The position numbers and the translations under genes were made by a program. Positions 37,312-50,650 of a DNA stretch of 64,000 nt are shown here, piece by piece. The first letter of the stretch is position 1, and each line of letters begins with the position of its first letter. Source of the DNA: Curvularia clavata (taxonomy: Eukaryota); NCBI GenBank assembly GCA_023920165.1, contig CP089276.1, forward strand, positions 558,001-622,000, given 5' to 3'. Under the pieces are notes generated by a model, which was not told where the DNA came from, did no database searches, and worked only from the letters and a program-made list of their open reading frames with translations.

Positions 37312-38305
37312 ATGTCTGACAAGGGACAGTTTGAGTCGGGTAAGTATGAATGACTGTCTGCTGCTGATCAACACTAACTATATGTCACAGGCTTCCAGCC
37401 CGATGTCCAACATCAGCAAGTGCCCGGCCTGCAATCCAAGCTCGACCCTACACCCAAGGTCGATGAGCTGCCTACTCCTGAAGGTGGTGCCGAGAAGTAC
37501 AAGGCTGCCGGCAAGCTTAAGGGCAAGAAGGCCATCATCACAGGCGGAGACTCTGGAATTGGTCGTTCGATCGCTGTCTTGTTTGCCATGGAAGGCGCTG
37601 ACAGTTTCATCGCCTACCTTCCCGAGGAAGAGAAGGACGCCCAAGAGACTAAGAAGATGGTCGAGGAGAAGGGCCAAAAATGCCACACTCTCGCCATTGA
37701 CCTGAAGCCCAAGGAGAACTGCAAGAAGGTTATTGATGAGGCGATCAAGGCCATGGGTGGTATTGACATCCTTGTTAACAACCATGCTTACCAGATGATG
37801 GTCAATGATATCAAGGACCTTTCTGAGTACGTATTAGCACTACCTGGGACTGGATGCGAGGCTAACTTCCTACAGGGACCAATGGCTCCATACTTTCAAC
37901 ACCAATATTCACCCCTTCTTCTTCCTCTCTAAGTACGCCCTTCCACACATGAAGCGTGGCGCTACCATCATCAACAATGCCTCGATCAATGCCTACGTCG
38001 GCCGTCCGGATCTGCTCGACTATACGTCCACCAAGGGCGCCATCATCGCCTTTACTCGCGGTTTGTCGAACCAGTATGTCGGAAGGGGTATCCGCGTCAA
38101 CGCTGTTGCCCCGGGACCTGTCTGGACTCCACTCATTCCTGCGACCATGAACGACGAGGCGATCAAGCAGTTCACCGCCCCAATTGGCAGGCCATCGCAG
38201 CCTAGCGAGATTGCTACTTGCTTCGTCTTCTTGGCAAGCAACGACAGCAGCTCCATCAGTGGCCAGACTATCCATGCCAACGGCGGTACCATTGTCAACG
38301 GCTAA
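37312..38305 (+). CDS. Short-chain dehydrogenase/reductase, YghA/YhxD general-stress type; 2 introns
   Basis: TGGDSGIGR, ILVNN, DYTSTKGAI (YxxxK), RVNAVAPGPVWTPLIP, SGQTIHANGG. Confidence 0.92.
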
Positions 38306-38668
38306 GCGTGTGCTGATATAAAGAAGTAATTGTGCTGACTTCAGGGCATTTTGTGTTACGACTTTACGAGATATTAGTATATAGTCATTGAATGAATTTT
38401 AATACGATTCAACCGATCTTTATGCCTGTTGTGAGATTGATCATTACCTCCAAGAATGTAATTCATATAAGGTAATTCCTAGGTTGATTAGAAATTGTTT
38501 CCCAAGCAAGCCAACCTAATTTAACTGGAATCCCAGCCCCTCTCACATATATCTACATGACTAAACATCAATCGCTGAAGAACCTAACCAATCATTTCCA
38601 TTATAAGCCATGAATGCAGCTCAGCTCTCAACTCGCTAATGTCTCACGAAAAGAAGGAAAGCCTTACT

Positions 38669-40338
38669 CTACGAATGTCCCACAGTTCCCTCCTTCGACG
38701 CCATAGGCCCATCCCTCATCTTCTTCATAATCCCACTCAGCTTGCCTCCTCTGCCATGACTACTCCCGCCCTCAACCTGTGCACCTGATACTGGTGGCCC
38801 CGCATACGGCGTCTTTCCCGGGCCCATCGCTTCAGCTACATGCGGCACCCCCGTCGCACCTCCACTCATACTCTGCTCTGGATACGGCTGTGAGATAGGT
38901 ACTTGGTTTGCGTACTGTCTCGCGCGTGCGGCTTCGATTTCTCCGCGCCCTTTTTCGATAATGGCTTGGTTTCTAGCGTGCGCGGTGGGGTTGCGCCGGT
39001 CGAAGGTGTCGTTGATGGTTCCGCGGAGGGTTTCGCCTGCGCCCTGGGAGTGTGTTAGTTTGGAGTTTGGGGATATGGTGGGAAGAGGGGACTGACGTGG
39101 ATGCCAGCGGCGGCGGCTTTGAGGTTTGCGAGGGTACTTTGTTTGGGAAGGGCGTGACCGGCGCGGTAGGGTATGGGCCGATTTGGATCGTTTGGGTCTT
39201 GGATAGGTGGTTGCTGGGTGGGGACTTGGGAGATGCTGGAGCCACGGTGTTGGTGCTCCGGAACTGGCGGTACAGGTGGTATGTCTGTTGGTTGTTGCTG
39301 TTGCTCGATGGGATATGGTCTAGGTGACATTCCATTGGCAGGAACTGGTCGTGAAACACCTTGAGGCGGTGTTCGAGCTGGGTAGGAGAAGTTTGCCCGC
39401 GAGGGACTGCTGGGAGAGATTGGACGGCCAGCTTCATCCATGGGGTCTGGTCGCTGGACCCCTGGTGAAACAGAGTCTAACTCCACCCTGTGTCGTATGT
39501 TGTTTTTCGCTGGGATAGGTGGAGATGAATCTCTGTCGATATTGGAAACTTGAGGCGAGAGCCTGTTATCTTGCGGACGAACATTCTCAGGTGGCGGAGG
39601 AGTCACGTCGTGGGGCACAGCAGACTGAGGCAACAAACCTGGACCTTGGTGGTGGTGATTGTCAGGTTGAGGAGGGGCCGGCTGTGGCGGACTGGGGCCA
39701 GAAGTGCGGATGCTCTGTGGTTGCCCGCCGCCATTGTTGTGAGGCTGCATCACCGTGGTGGAACCGCCTGGGCCAGTAGTTGTGGTGGTAGTTGTAGTTG
39801 TAGTGGTTGTCACTGTGACTATATTTCCGGTACCAGCATCGCGGTATGTTTCCTGTCCCACATCCTCACGGCTTGAGCTATTCTGAACCGTTCTCGTAGG
39901 CGGCGCAAGTGTGTCTTGTGTTTGTCCATTAAGCGGCGTGGTATGCGGAAGAGGTGCTTGGTTGTTCGATGATTGACGGGGAAATTGTTCTCCAGAGACT
40001 GGACGTGTTTGGTTTACGAGGCTTGGGTCCGCACTGCTGCGTTCGCTGCTGTAGTAAGCCGAGTCGATGTCTTTACGGTTCTTTTCTTTTTCCTCGTCCT
40101 TTGGATTGTGGCTAAGGCTTTCTTTGGATACCTTGTCCTTGGATGAGAACGGGTTGGACATGCGCCATTTCGACCGCTTCTCTTTTTCAGCAGACGTCAT
40201 GTTTGCGGAGCCAGATATGGGTTGCGATGAGTTGGCTGTTGGTTGACCACTCGCACCACCAGTCATCTGCTCAAACTCTTGACGCTCTCGACTCTTTCGC
40301 TTCTGAAGTTTCGCGGGCTGTCGGAAGCCGTCATCCAT
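38669..40338 (-). CDS. Pro/Gln-rich disordered protein with a conserved C-terminal motif; intron ~39045-39097
   Basis: 427-aa ORF spliced to give AAAAGIH/GAGETLRGTINDTFDRR..NQAIIEKGRGEIE. Confidence 0.72.
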
Positions 40339-41073
40339 AGCGACCGACAGTTCGAAGTTTTATTGACAAATCAAACGTACAGGCAGACAGGAGACTGAAT
40401 TATCCAAAGCTTTGCAATGTTTCAGTGGATTGAATGGATTGAATGATCAGGGTCTGAGAGAAATTCCTGGAGCCAGATTAATTCACTCAAAGCCGCGTCA
40501 ACTGCCACAGCGGGGAAACTCGTCTAACAAGGACGACCAGGCAAGACGTCCGCACACTGAACCCCATGATATCATGTCGCGGTGGTGTGGCGCTGCACGG
40601 CTGTGGCGTCCAATGAACATGGGTTCTTAATGACGATCAAGGGAAAGACGGCTGACGAGCAGGGATAGTATTGCTCAACGATGACGGAGGAAGACAATAC
40701 AAGTTTCCGGATTGCGCCAAACGTCCTTCGCGGAAAAGCGTGGCGAGCCGTTCCATTATAGTAAGACACGAGTGATTTAAGTGGCTCAATAGTGCATTGC
40801 ATTCGATGATTAGAATCTTACATACATGTATCCCACCCAAGACGTGTAGGGTAAAGGATTTTGGGATGGGGCTCAGGATAGGTATAGTGTGCGAGTCACG
40901 AGACCAGACAGGTTCAGCTGATCCCAGCTGAACTTCATACAACCGAACAACCCAAGGTGCAATGAATCGGCCATGCTGGTTGTTATACGAGTATTACAAG
41001 CTTATCTCCAAACTTAGTTTATGAACACAATTTTATTCACGAAGACTGTCCAATCGTGGTCGAAGTGCTAATC

Positions 41074-42609
41074 ATGGCAGAAGCGATCGGCCTCGTCGCA
41101 AGCGTCGTGCAGTTGGCTGGGGCGGGTCTGAAGCTTTCGCAAGCCTTGTACCAGTATGCTGATGGCGTAGCTAATGCTGATCGTAGGATAAAAGATGTTG
41201 CAAAAGAGATCAAGCTGACGAGCTATGTCATCGAGGAACTGGGAAACGTCTTCAAACAGGACGACACCTTGAGTTTGATTTCAAAAAGTGCAGTCGCAAC
41301 TGCAAACGAAACTCTGAAGGAGTGTTCTGTATTATTTGGAGAGATTGAAACAACTTTAAACAAGAGCAAGAAGGGAAAGATGGGCCGACTCATGCTGCCG
41401 TTCCGGGAAAACAAGATGGAGCTGCTCCGGAATCACATCGACAAGCTCAAGAGTACGCTGCAGCTTTTGATGCAGGTACTCGTGCATGCACACCAGGTTG
41501 CTTCAAACAAAATCGATCGCGAAGCCGAGGCAAGACAACGAGATGAGATCAGACAGTTGCTCGAAGAGAAAAAGAACAACACTAAGAAATACGAGGAGTC
41601 GCTGCGAAGCTTTGCAGCAAGCGACAGCAGCACTGAAGTGGAGGACGACGCATTTTCTCTCGACGATAAGGGATCTGCTTCTATGGTAGAGGTCAAGTCT
41701 ATCGGCTCTACCGTGGATCCGGACTCTCTTGTAGTATGCATGGGGCATATCCGGACTCTCATGGAAAGCATGGAGCGATTGCAACGAGCACTAGCGAACA
41801 AATCTGAAGGAGAAGACCATTCAGATCACCATCAGATGGTCGTTGAATCTTATTTTATGACTCGCTGCCATCTCGACAGGATCCTGCTGGGTAGCTCAAA
41901 CACGACAAATCTCAAAGACACGGGGGTCGCTATGCGACAGTCCACCAGCAGCAAGACTGTGATCCCAAATTCTGATGCCAAATCCTGTACTGGGGGGAAG
42001 GAAAAGGACACGCTCGTTATCAGGACTAATACGACAAGGAATGCCGAAACGGAAGCAAGCCAGTGCTCCGTATCGTCAAGGAAAGAAAGCATACCTCAAC
42101 AAGTGCCAATCATTGTAGAAATTTCACCACGCCCAGCTCCACGCACCCGAGATACTGTGTATGATACTGCCTATGGCAGCCGTCACAGGTATAGAGAATT
42201 CGTACCCTCTGACATGAGCAGACACTATCCACCGTCCTTATCCCCTCAAGTCACAGAAAAGCGATCTGGTCCTGATATAGCTCCTCCCTACTCCAGTATC
42301 GATCACACCTTGCTGAGGTCTTCTTTATCATCTGTGTCTCCACGACCATCCACATACGATGGTGGACTGCCGATTTCACACGAAAGGGGAAATGTTGCCT
42401 TCCCGGCAACAATCAATACCTCTCAACGCAGGCATTCGTATCGATCCTCGAGAGACGAAATACATGATTTGGATTCTGAAACAAGAGAACACAAAAGAAG
42501 AGGAGAGTCCCGTGGCGGAAAAGCGAATGACAGGCGGCGGAAGGCAGCACCTGAAGGAAACGACGAGGTAGACAAATTGCTGCGAGAGTGGACTACGTGC
42601 TTTTCTTAG
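41074..42609 (+). CDS. Protein with fungal N-terminal HeLo-like/SesA domain (intronless)
   Basis: MAEAIGLVASVVQLAGAGLKLSQALYQY..IDKLKSTLQLLMQVL; ends DEVDKLLREWTT. Confidence 0.8.
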   Translation: MAEAIGLVASVVQLAGAGLKLSQALYQYADGVANADRRIKDVAKEIKLTSYVIEELGNVFKQDDTLSLISKSAVATANETLKECSVLFGEIETTLNKSKKGKMGRLMLPFRENKMELLRNHIDKLKSTLQLLMQVLVHAHQVASNKIDREAEARQRDEIRQLLEEKKNNTKKYEESLRSFAASDSSTEVEDDAFSLDDKGSASMVEVKSIGSTVDPDSLVVCMGHIRTLMESMERLQRALANKSEGEDHSDHHQMVVESYFMTRCHLDRILLGSSNTTNLKDTGVAMRQSTSSKTVIPNSDAKSCTGGKEKDTLVIRTNTTRNAETEASQCSVSSRKESIPQQVPIIVEISPRPAPRTRDTVYDTAYGSRHRYREFVPSDMSRHYPPSLSPQVTEKRSGPDIAPPYSSIDHTLLRSSLSSVSPRPSTYDGGLPISHERGNVAFPATINTSQRRHSYRSSRDEIHDLDSETREHKRRGESRGGKANDRRRKAAPEGNDEVDKLLREWTTCFS

Positions 42610-43810
42610 AAAAAGGAGAATCAGTAACCTTTGGAATGAACTGTCAAAACACATCCCTTGACCCGCCCATCATGTTCTATCACATCATTCCATGCCTAGC
42701 ACTCAGTTTTTTACGGTCACCCGGACAATAAAACCTCGGAACCCCCAAAACATCTCATAACAACAAAGCCCCACAAAAGTGCTAACAATTCCTATTCCTC
42801 CCGACATTCGTCCCTTGTCCACGTCCCGAAATTACTATTGCCATATTTTGCCCCTCCGATATCGATATCGGAAAACCTCGCCCATTCCCCTCTACTTGTA
42901 CGCTAACAGCACCCCCACCAGACCAGGCCAAACCACTCACGGTAAGCTACCCGCACTCTGACTCTTACTTTTCCGATACCGAAATAGGCGCGTCTTTTCT
43001 TACTTCCGCCTGCGCACTTGTGTATGTAAATGTAGAGTATACCGCAAGTACGATACCGGGCATGTCCGCCTAAAAAAAAGCAAAGGAATCGGTTCTAGAC
43101 TATCTACATAAGCTGTGTATAGTAGGTATTCTCCAGCTACGCAGCTCATCGTATGATTTTATCTTCTCTCTCCCCTTTTCTCGTACAGCCACAGCCGCTT
43201 GAAGAAGCGAGAGTACAAATCTAGACTACCATTACCTACTTGTAGCTACATAAGCTGTGTATTTGTGCGCCTGTTCTTCAGCCAGCCCTTGCCCTCCTTC
43301 GATTCAGAAACGCCAGCAAGTCAGCCACACTAGGCGATATTTGCTTGTTGGAATACCTAGCTAGCCTGGGATTTTTATTTTTTCCCCTTGATCGGTGTAC
43401 GGGATGACGGGGGGCGCCCACGTGTAAGATTAGTGTTTCTTTTTGACTGGGCTGGTTAGGGAGGTTTTGGTAATGTATACATACATACATACCATACGTA
43501 CGAGGGTGGTTTTGCTTTTGACGGTGAATACGGGTGACGTGCTTGTGGTGTGTTGGAAAGAAAAAAGAAAAACAAGTAGATGACATATTTCCATATTCTA
43601 CAACAAACGACTCTTGATAAGTTTCGAGAGAGAGATATCACAGCAAAAATAAAAAAGATAGGCACAAGACACCTTTTCAAATCGTGATCAAGTTATTGTC
43701 TATATACAAGCTGTCAATCCTCCAACGCCATGCCCAATGTAAAGGTATCGTGAGGTATAAAGAGAAATACATGAAAGAGGGAGTACGCGGGTCAAATCAG
43801 GTTGACGCGC

Positions 43811-45433
<1,623 letters not shown>

Positions 45434-45561
45434 GGTGAAGTGGGAGTTGGAAATCTTGGTAAATAGAGAGGTAAGAGCAGGGAGGTCGACCAAGTTTGAC
45501 TCTGGAGGTACAAGAAGAGTCGCAAGTTGATTGTGAAGGAGCAGGAGCAGAAGTTGTGTGG

Positions 45562-45778
45562 TATATATAATAGGAGTTGCAGCGGGCCAGGACCGCTGGC
45601 GCCTAAGGCGATGGCATCGCGGTGACGGTGCGGAGCAAAAGTGCACTCGATTTGAGTACGTCAGAGGCCGGGCGATTGGGCGATTACCTGGATGTCAGTG
45701 GTCAATGGCAGCGTTGCGGGCGCCATTGTGATGCAAACCATGGTGTACACTTTTCGCGCTGATAAGGAGCGGGCCAAT
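45562..45778 (-). promoter_or_regulatory. gdhA promoter: TATA box, two CCAAT boxes and a GATA site
   Basis: TATATATA ~45562; CCAAT at 45675-45679 (minus) and 45774-45778 (plus); TGATAA 45760-45765. Confidence 0.5.
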
Positions 45779-46313
45779 GAGGGTGCGAGGGAGTGTATCG
45801 CGGGGTGTTTGCACGTGCGGTTAGCGGGATGCCGCCGCTCGAGGCTCGTGGCGGCGAGCCCTTCCGACGTCGGCGGGGCGAGGCGGGTTACGTTGAGCTT
45901 TTGCTATTCTTCGCCTAAGGGATTGCAGAGAGTGGGAGAGCGAGTGGGAATCAAAGCAGCCCGTCGGGAATATGCGGGCGCGCCCATCGGATGCCATCCA
46001 CGGCAGCGAGCACGCGACATGCCTGTGTACCTGTTACTGTGACTCTTGCGAACACTCACGGCGCCGCCCGCGCGGACACGCTTTTGGGCAGTTGGCTTGG
46101 CGTGGGCGGGAAGAGGAGCACTCGCCTGGAATGTGCTTTTGCTGCCACGGCTAGTTGTATGCATACTCAAGTCACGGGGTTTAATTGTCATGGTGGTGCA
46201 AACTGCAATTGGCTGTGCTTGGCTATGGTCACGTGGTTTGGCGTTAGTGCCGTGCTGTAATATCCCCATCCCATCCTCCACGAAACCCCCACGCGACATG
46301 TCCGCCTCCACGC

Positions 46314-47645
46314 TCAAGGGCAGTCGGTAGGGTCCCAGTCTGCACAAGAAAAAAAGCGCCTGTCAGCACACGCATCCAAGTCAGCGCGATCAACTCACCT
46401 GTCACCAAGTACTCGTCCAATGCATCCATCGCTTCCATGTCGGCAGCCTCGATTTCAAAGCCCCCAACCTCACCATTTTCGATAATGCGCTCCTTCTTCA
46501 CGCTCTTGGGCAGCGGAACATAGCCATGCTGCAGACTCCAGCGGACTAGCAGCTGGCCAGGGGTGCACGAATACTTCTTCGCCAGTGAGACAATCTTGGG
46601 ATGCTTCATGCGCAGGGCTCGGACGAGCGGAGCATATGCCTCGACGACTATGTTGTGCTGCTGGCAGAACGACGTAATATCCTTTCGCGTATTGAAAGGG
46701 TGTACCTCGATCTGGTTCACCGCGGGGGGTATCCTGGGATTCGAGTCGAGCAGTTCTTGCAACTGTCCATCTGTCAGCACCTAACCACCCTCGAGCAGCA
46801 GTATGCGCCTAATGCTCGACTTCGGCGAATTCAAATGCTGCATGTCTGCAATGACTCGCTCTACATAGTATTTCAATAAAAGCCATCACAGCAACTATCC
46901 TGTTCTGGTACCGTGCTCGCACCAACTCACAGCACGGGACCTGCCGAGCAGAAGGAAGCACACCGATGATGCATCAGGGTCTACTCACATGCTTCACGCC
47001 ATAGTTGGAGACGCCGCCAATCTTGACCTCACCATCCTCAATCGCGTCCTCAACCGCTCGCCAGCTGTCCAAACGCGCCTGCTTGCCACCGTATGGGGAA
47101 TGCAGTAGGAACAGATCAATGTAGCCCAGCCCTGCTTCCTTGACCGATCTCTTGATGGCTTTGCGGGCCGTCTCGTATGCAGAGTTGGACGCGAGCTTGG
47201 ACGTGAAGTGAATATCTTCCCGCTTGAGCGAGTGCACGTTGGCATCACTCTGAAGAAAGTCGACAATGGCCTTGCCAGTCTCACGTTCGTTGTGATACAT
47301 TTGCGCCGAGTCGACCCTGTTGCACGCGTCATCTTGTTAAGCCGTTTGATTTCAAAACGTCAGGGTGCAGCGCAATGCGTACCCTCGGTATCCGGCCTGG
47401 GGTTGTACATGGTATAAGCATCGTGTGCACAAATCGCAAGCGAAACCGAGCTAGCTTACCTCGAGGGCCCATCGCACAGCTTGGTACGTCTCCCTCCCGG
47501 ACGTTAGGTATACGCCGAGCTGGATGGTGGGCATTGACAGGCCATTGGGCAGCTGCATGGTTTGTCAGAGATGCGAGCCCATCTGGTGCGACCGTCTGCC
47601 ACCCACCTTTGTCCGCGAGGCCAATGAGAAGGATTGCTGGGCCAT
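46314..47645 (-). CDS. Aldo-keto reductase; 5 introns, 14-nt microexon 47383-47396
   Basis: [54 protein letters not shown]; ends DWDPTDCP. Confidence 0.93.
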
Positions 47646-49159
47646 GGTCAGTGCTAGAGGCGGTATCGTGAGTGCCAATACAATATATTGTTGAAAGCGT
47701 CAGCCGCGAGGGTCGAAGGCGGACGTCTGGTCGGCGATTCTGTGGTTACATCATGGCCCGCTCACTGGCCGGGGTGCAGGGGGCGGATGTGTGTGCACAC
47801 TGACACCAACCGAACTACTCCTGCCGCGATCACGATCGCGATCAAGCCGCGACCAGGGCCTGCGTCTAATGGCCAAATGGGGTTGGAACAGCGGCGCCTT
47901 GACGTTTTCAGTACTATCGTGGGTGCCAACTGCTCCTCATGATTGTGATCAGCGACACTGTCGAGCTGAGCGAAACGCCTCTTGCTACATGTCTACACTC
48001 CCGGCTTGGTTGCCCGGCGGTTGGGCCGGGTCCCTTATGCATGGCCATGACTGGGCCGCACAGAGGATCGGTCGCCTTTTTCTTCTCGAGTATCTCTCTT
48101 GTACGCTTACCACGGCCCTGGAAGACGGCGAGCCAGTGGCTGTCCAGGTACAACCTGTATCCGCCTCACCACCCACCCCAATGGTTCCTCGATGGCGATT
48201 GACGATTCCCGCAAACAGGGCATTGGATAGTGGCTGTCGCCCCAGCTCCTCCTCGCTGACAGAAACCGAACTGCCATGCGTATGCGTATGCGGCTCGGCG
48301 TCTGCGTCATGATTGGCCCTGCTTTGTTGCCATGATCGCGGTAAATGTTGTGATCCAGCGTAGTTCTCGAGCACGAAGGAGGCAAAAAAGGGGAGTGTTG
48401 CAGTGATCAGCAGAAGCGTATTAACAGAGCAGCCAACGACATGGCGTGCAAGCGCAGGGCTACTACACAGTTTTAGCGTAGACAGCTTTCGAGGGCGTCC
48501 ACCATGCGCGAACCCGTGTCCGCGAACGCATAGCCACCAAGCCGGGGCTCCACCCAGGACATCGATCCATCTGCCTTAGTGCCGAGGTGGCTCGACTGGA
48601 TCACCGCCGGGATGGTTCCAAAATTGCTTCCATCTCAATGAGGCTGGGATGGTCGAGACGAGGCAAGCAGGCAAAGCGGCCGCGCCCGAAGCCACGGCCA
48701 TATACATAAGCAAGCACTGGAAGGAGCCTCCATAGCCCCCAAACCGCACGCCTTTTTGCCAACATAAAGCCATCCTGTAACTCCCACCCACTGCCTGCCA
48801 CCACCCATCCTTCGCCGTGACACCCTCGTAGAGGTAGCACTGGCCTTGTCGCCGCCCGCCAGATCGTTTCGTCATTGATCTCATTTGCTCACCCACATCT
48901 GGCTTTGGACCCTGAGACCCTGCTTTCCCCCTCCGCCCCTCGTCTTTTCTCTGTCTGTTCCATTGCTAGTACAAAACCGATCGTCTTGCGCCGGGTCCTA
49001 GAAAAATCCCCTCTACCGCAGTTAGCTTGGTAAGTCGCAATTGCGCGCACTTCAAAAAAACATACGCCCTCAGCCTCTGTGAATCGAGCGACCAACCAAC
49101 CAACCAACAGAAGAGATATCCTTTTCCCCATTCCTGCAGTAGCCTCGCCGCTGTCCGCC

Positions 49160-49966
49160 ATGGCAAGCTTACCCGGTTTTACCACAAACTTCCCCGCGGG
49201 ATACCCAACATTCCAGGCGCGCGGCGGCGGCACCTTTGCGCGCGCCAGCTCGTCATCCGGCGAGTCGTCTACAGCACCAGCAGGAGCATCCGCCTCAGAG
49301 CTACCCACGGCAGAACCGCACTTTGACATCTTCGACTGGCATCCCGCCTACCAAAGTTGCCAGCGCTACTTCCTCGACCACGCGCAGCACGACAATGGCG
49401 TCCAGGCCGTATGCGCTCTTATCAACATCTGCCTCCCCTTCCAATGGACCCAGCACCCCATCCTAAGCGCCTCGGGCCCACTGCCTCACTCCTCGGGCCC
49501 CGCCGCATACAACATGCCTTGGCCGCGACAAGGTCCCGTCACCAATTCCCGCGGTCAACCCGCCCCCGCCTGGGTCTCCCTCGTCCCCTTTATCCGGCGT
49601 CTCGTCGTCACCGGCATGGACAGCTCGGGCATCATGCACGGCTTCTTCGGCGAGGACTGGCGCAAAGGCGTGGGTCCCATGCACGAGTGTGAGCGCAGAA
49701 ACTACCTCTTCACAGCTAAAAGCGTCGGCTGGGCAAAAGTTAAATGCCAGTACGATATGTCGCCGCATGAGTCAGTCCCGTTTCTTAAGCCGCTTCAAGA
49801 AGTCCAGCTTGCGGAGATTGAGGGCGCGGAGAAGACGTGGAGTCAGTGGCTTGCGATGGAGGATTGGATGGTGGGACCCAGGGCGCCAGATGCGGAGGAG
49901 CAGGAGCATGACCATGAGCAGCGGCAGCAGATGGACGTCGAGGAAGTGAGACGGAGACCGTCTTAA
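49160..49966 (+). CDS. Conserved fungal protein of unknown function (intronless CDS; probable 5'UTR intron from 49030)
   Basis: FDIFDWHPAYQSCQRYFLDHAQH, SLVPFIRRLVVTGMD, ERRNYLF, WSQWLAMEDW; strong GCCATGG start context. Confidence 0.82.
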   Translation: MASLPGFTTNFPAGYPTFQARGGGTFARASSSSGESSTAPAGASASELPTAEPHFDIFDWHPAYQSCQRYFLDHAQHDNGVQAVCALINICLPFQWTQHPILSASGPLPHSSGPAAYNMPWPRQGPVTNSRGQPAPAWVSLVPFIRRLVVTGMDSSGIMHGFFGEDWRKGVGPMHECERRNYLFTAKSVGWAKVKCQYDMSPHESVPFLKPLQEVQLAEIEGAEKTWSQWLAMEDWMVGPRAPDAEEQEHDHEQRQQMDVEEVRRRPS

Positions 49967-50650
49967 ACTCCTTCTTCTGCTCTTCCTTTATGTCTGTGTG
50001 AGTAAACGGGGAAAACAAGGGGGCGTTTTTTTCCTTGTGCTATTTTATCATTTTTACTTTGGGGACTTTGTACATCAAGAGCTTTTGTAGCGTTTTTAGC
50101 CTGCGGTTGGACAGACCTTTGTGCTGTTCTGTTTGTTTTGGGGCGAGAGAGAAAAGCTAGCGGGTGAGGGCTTTGAGTGCTTTTATGTACGAGTTACTTT
50201 GCTGGGGACATCGAATCACGTCTGTCTGCTCCTACTAGAATGGTGGATCAGTATAGCAAGGCGGTGCGGGTGACCCTTTGGTGGGCTGGGCGGTAGGGTG
50301 CATCGTTATGAATGAAATGTCAATGGCATGTTTTCGAGTTTAAGGCTAGTAGTTGTATTATAGAGGAAGCTAGAAAGAAAGGTTGGTTCTGGTGTTGAGT
50401 CTGCTCACTGGCGCCTTCATCGAAAAGTGTGGTTCCGCATGAAACTATCTGAAGTTATGTGGCATGGTCGCCAGCCGTGTGCTGTACCCGTGTTCTTAGC
50501 AATGTTAGGAATAATCTTTGACCAGAGTACAACTAGCACCCCGTAGCTGAGATCCGGCCGAACTCGTACCACGCGTTGTTCTACTCGCCCCCCTCTCTAT
50601 ACCCCCACTCATGTCAACAGTGCGCACGCCTAAGGCAGATACCGTTTCCC

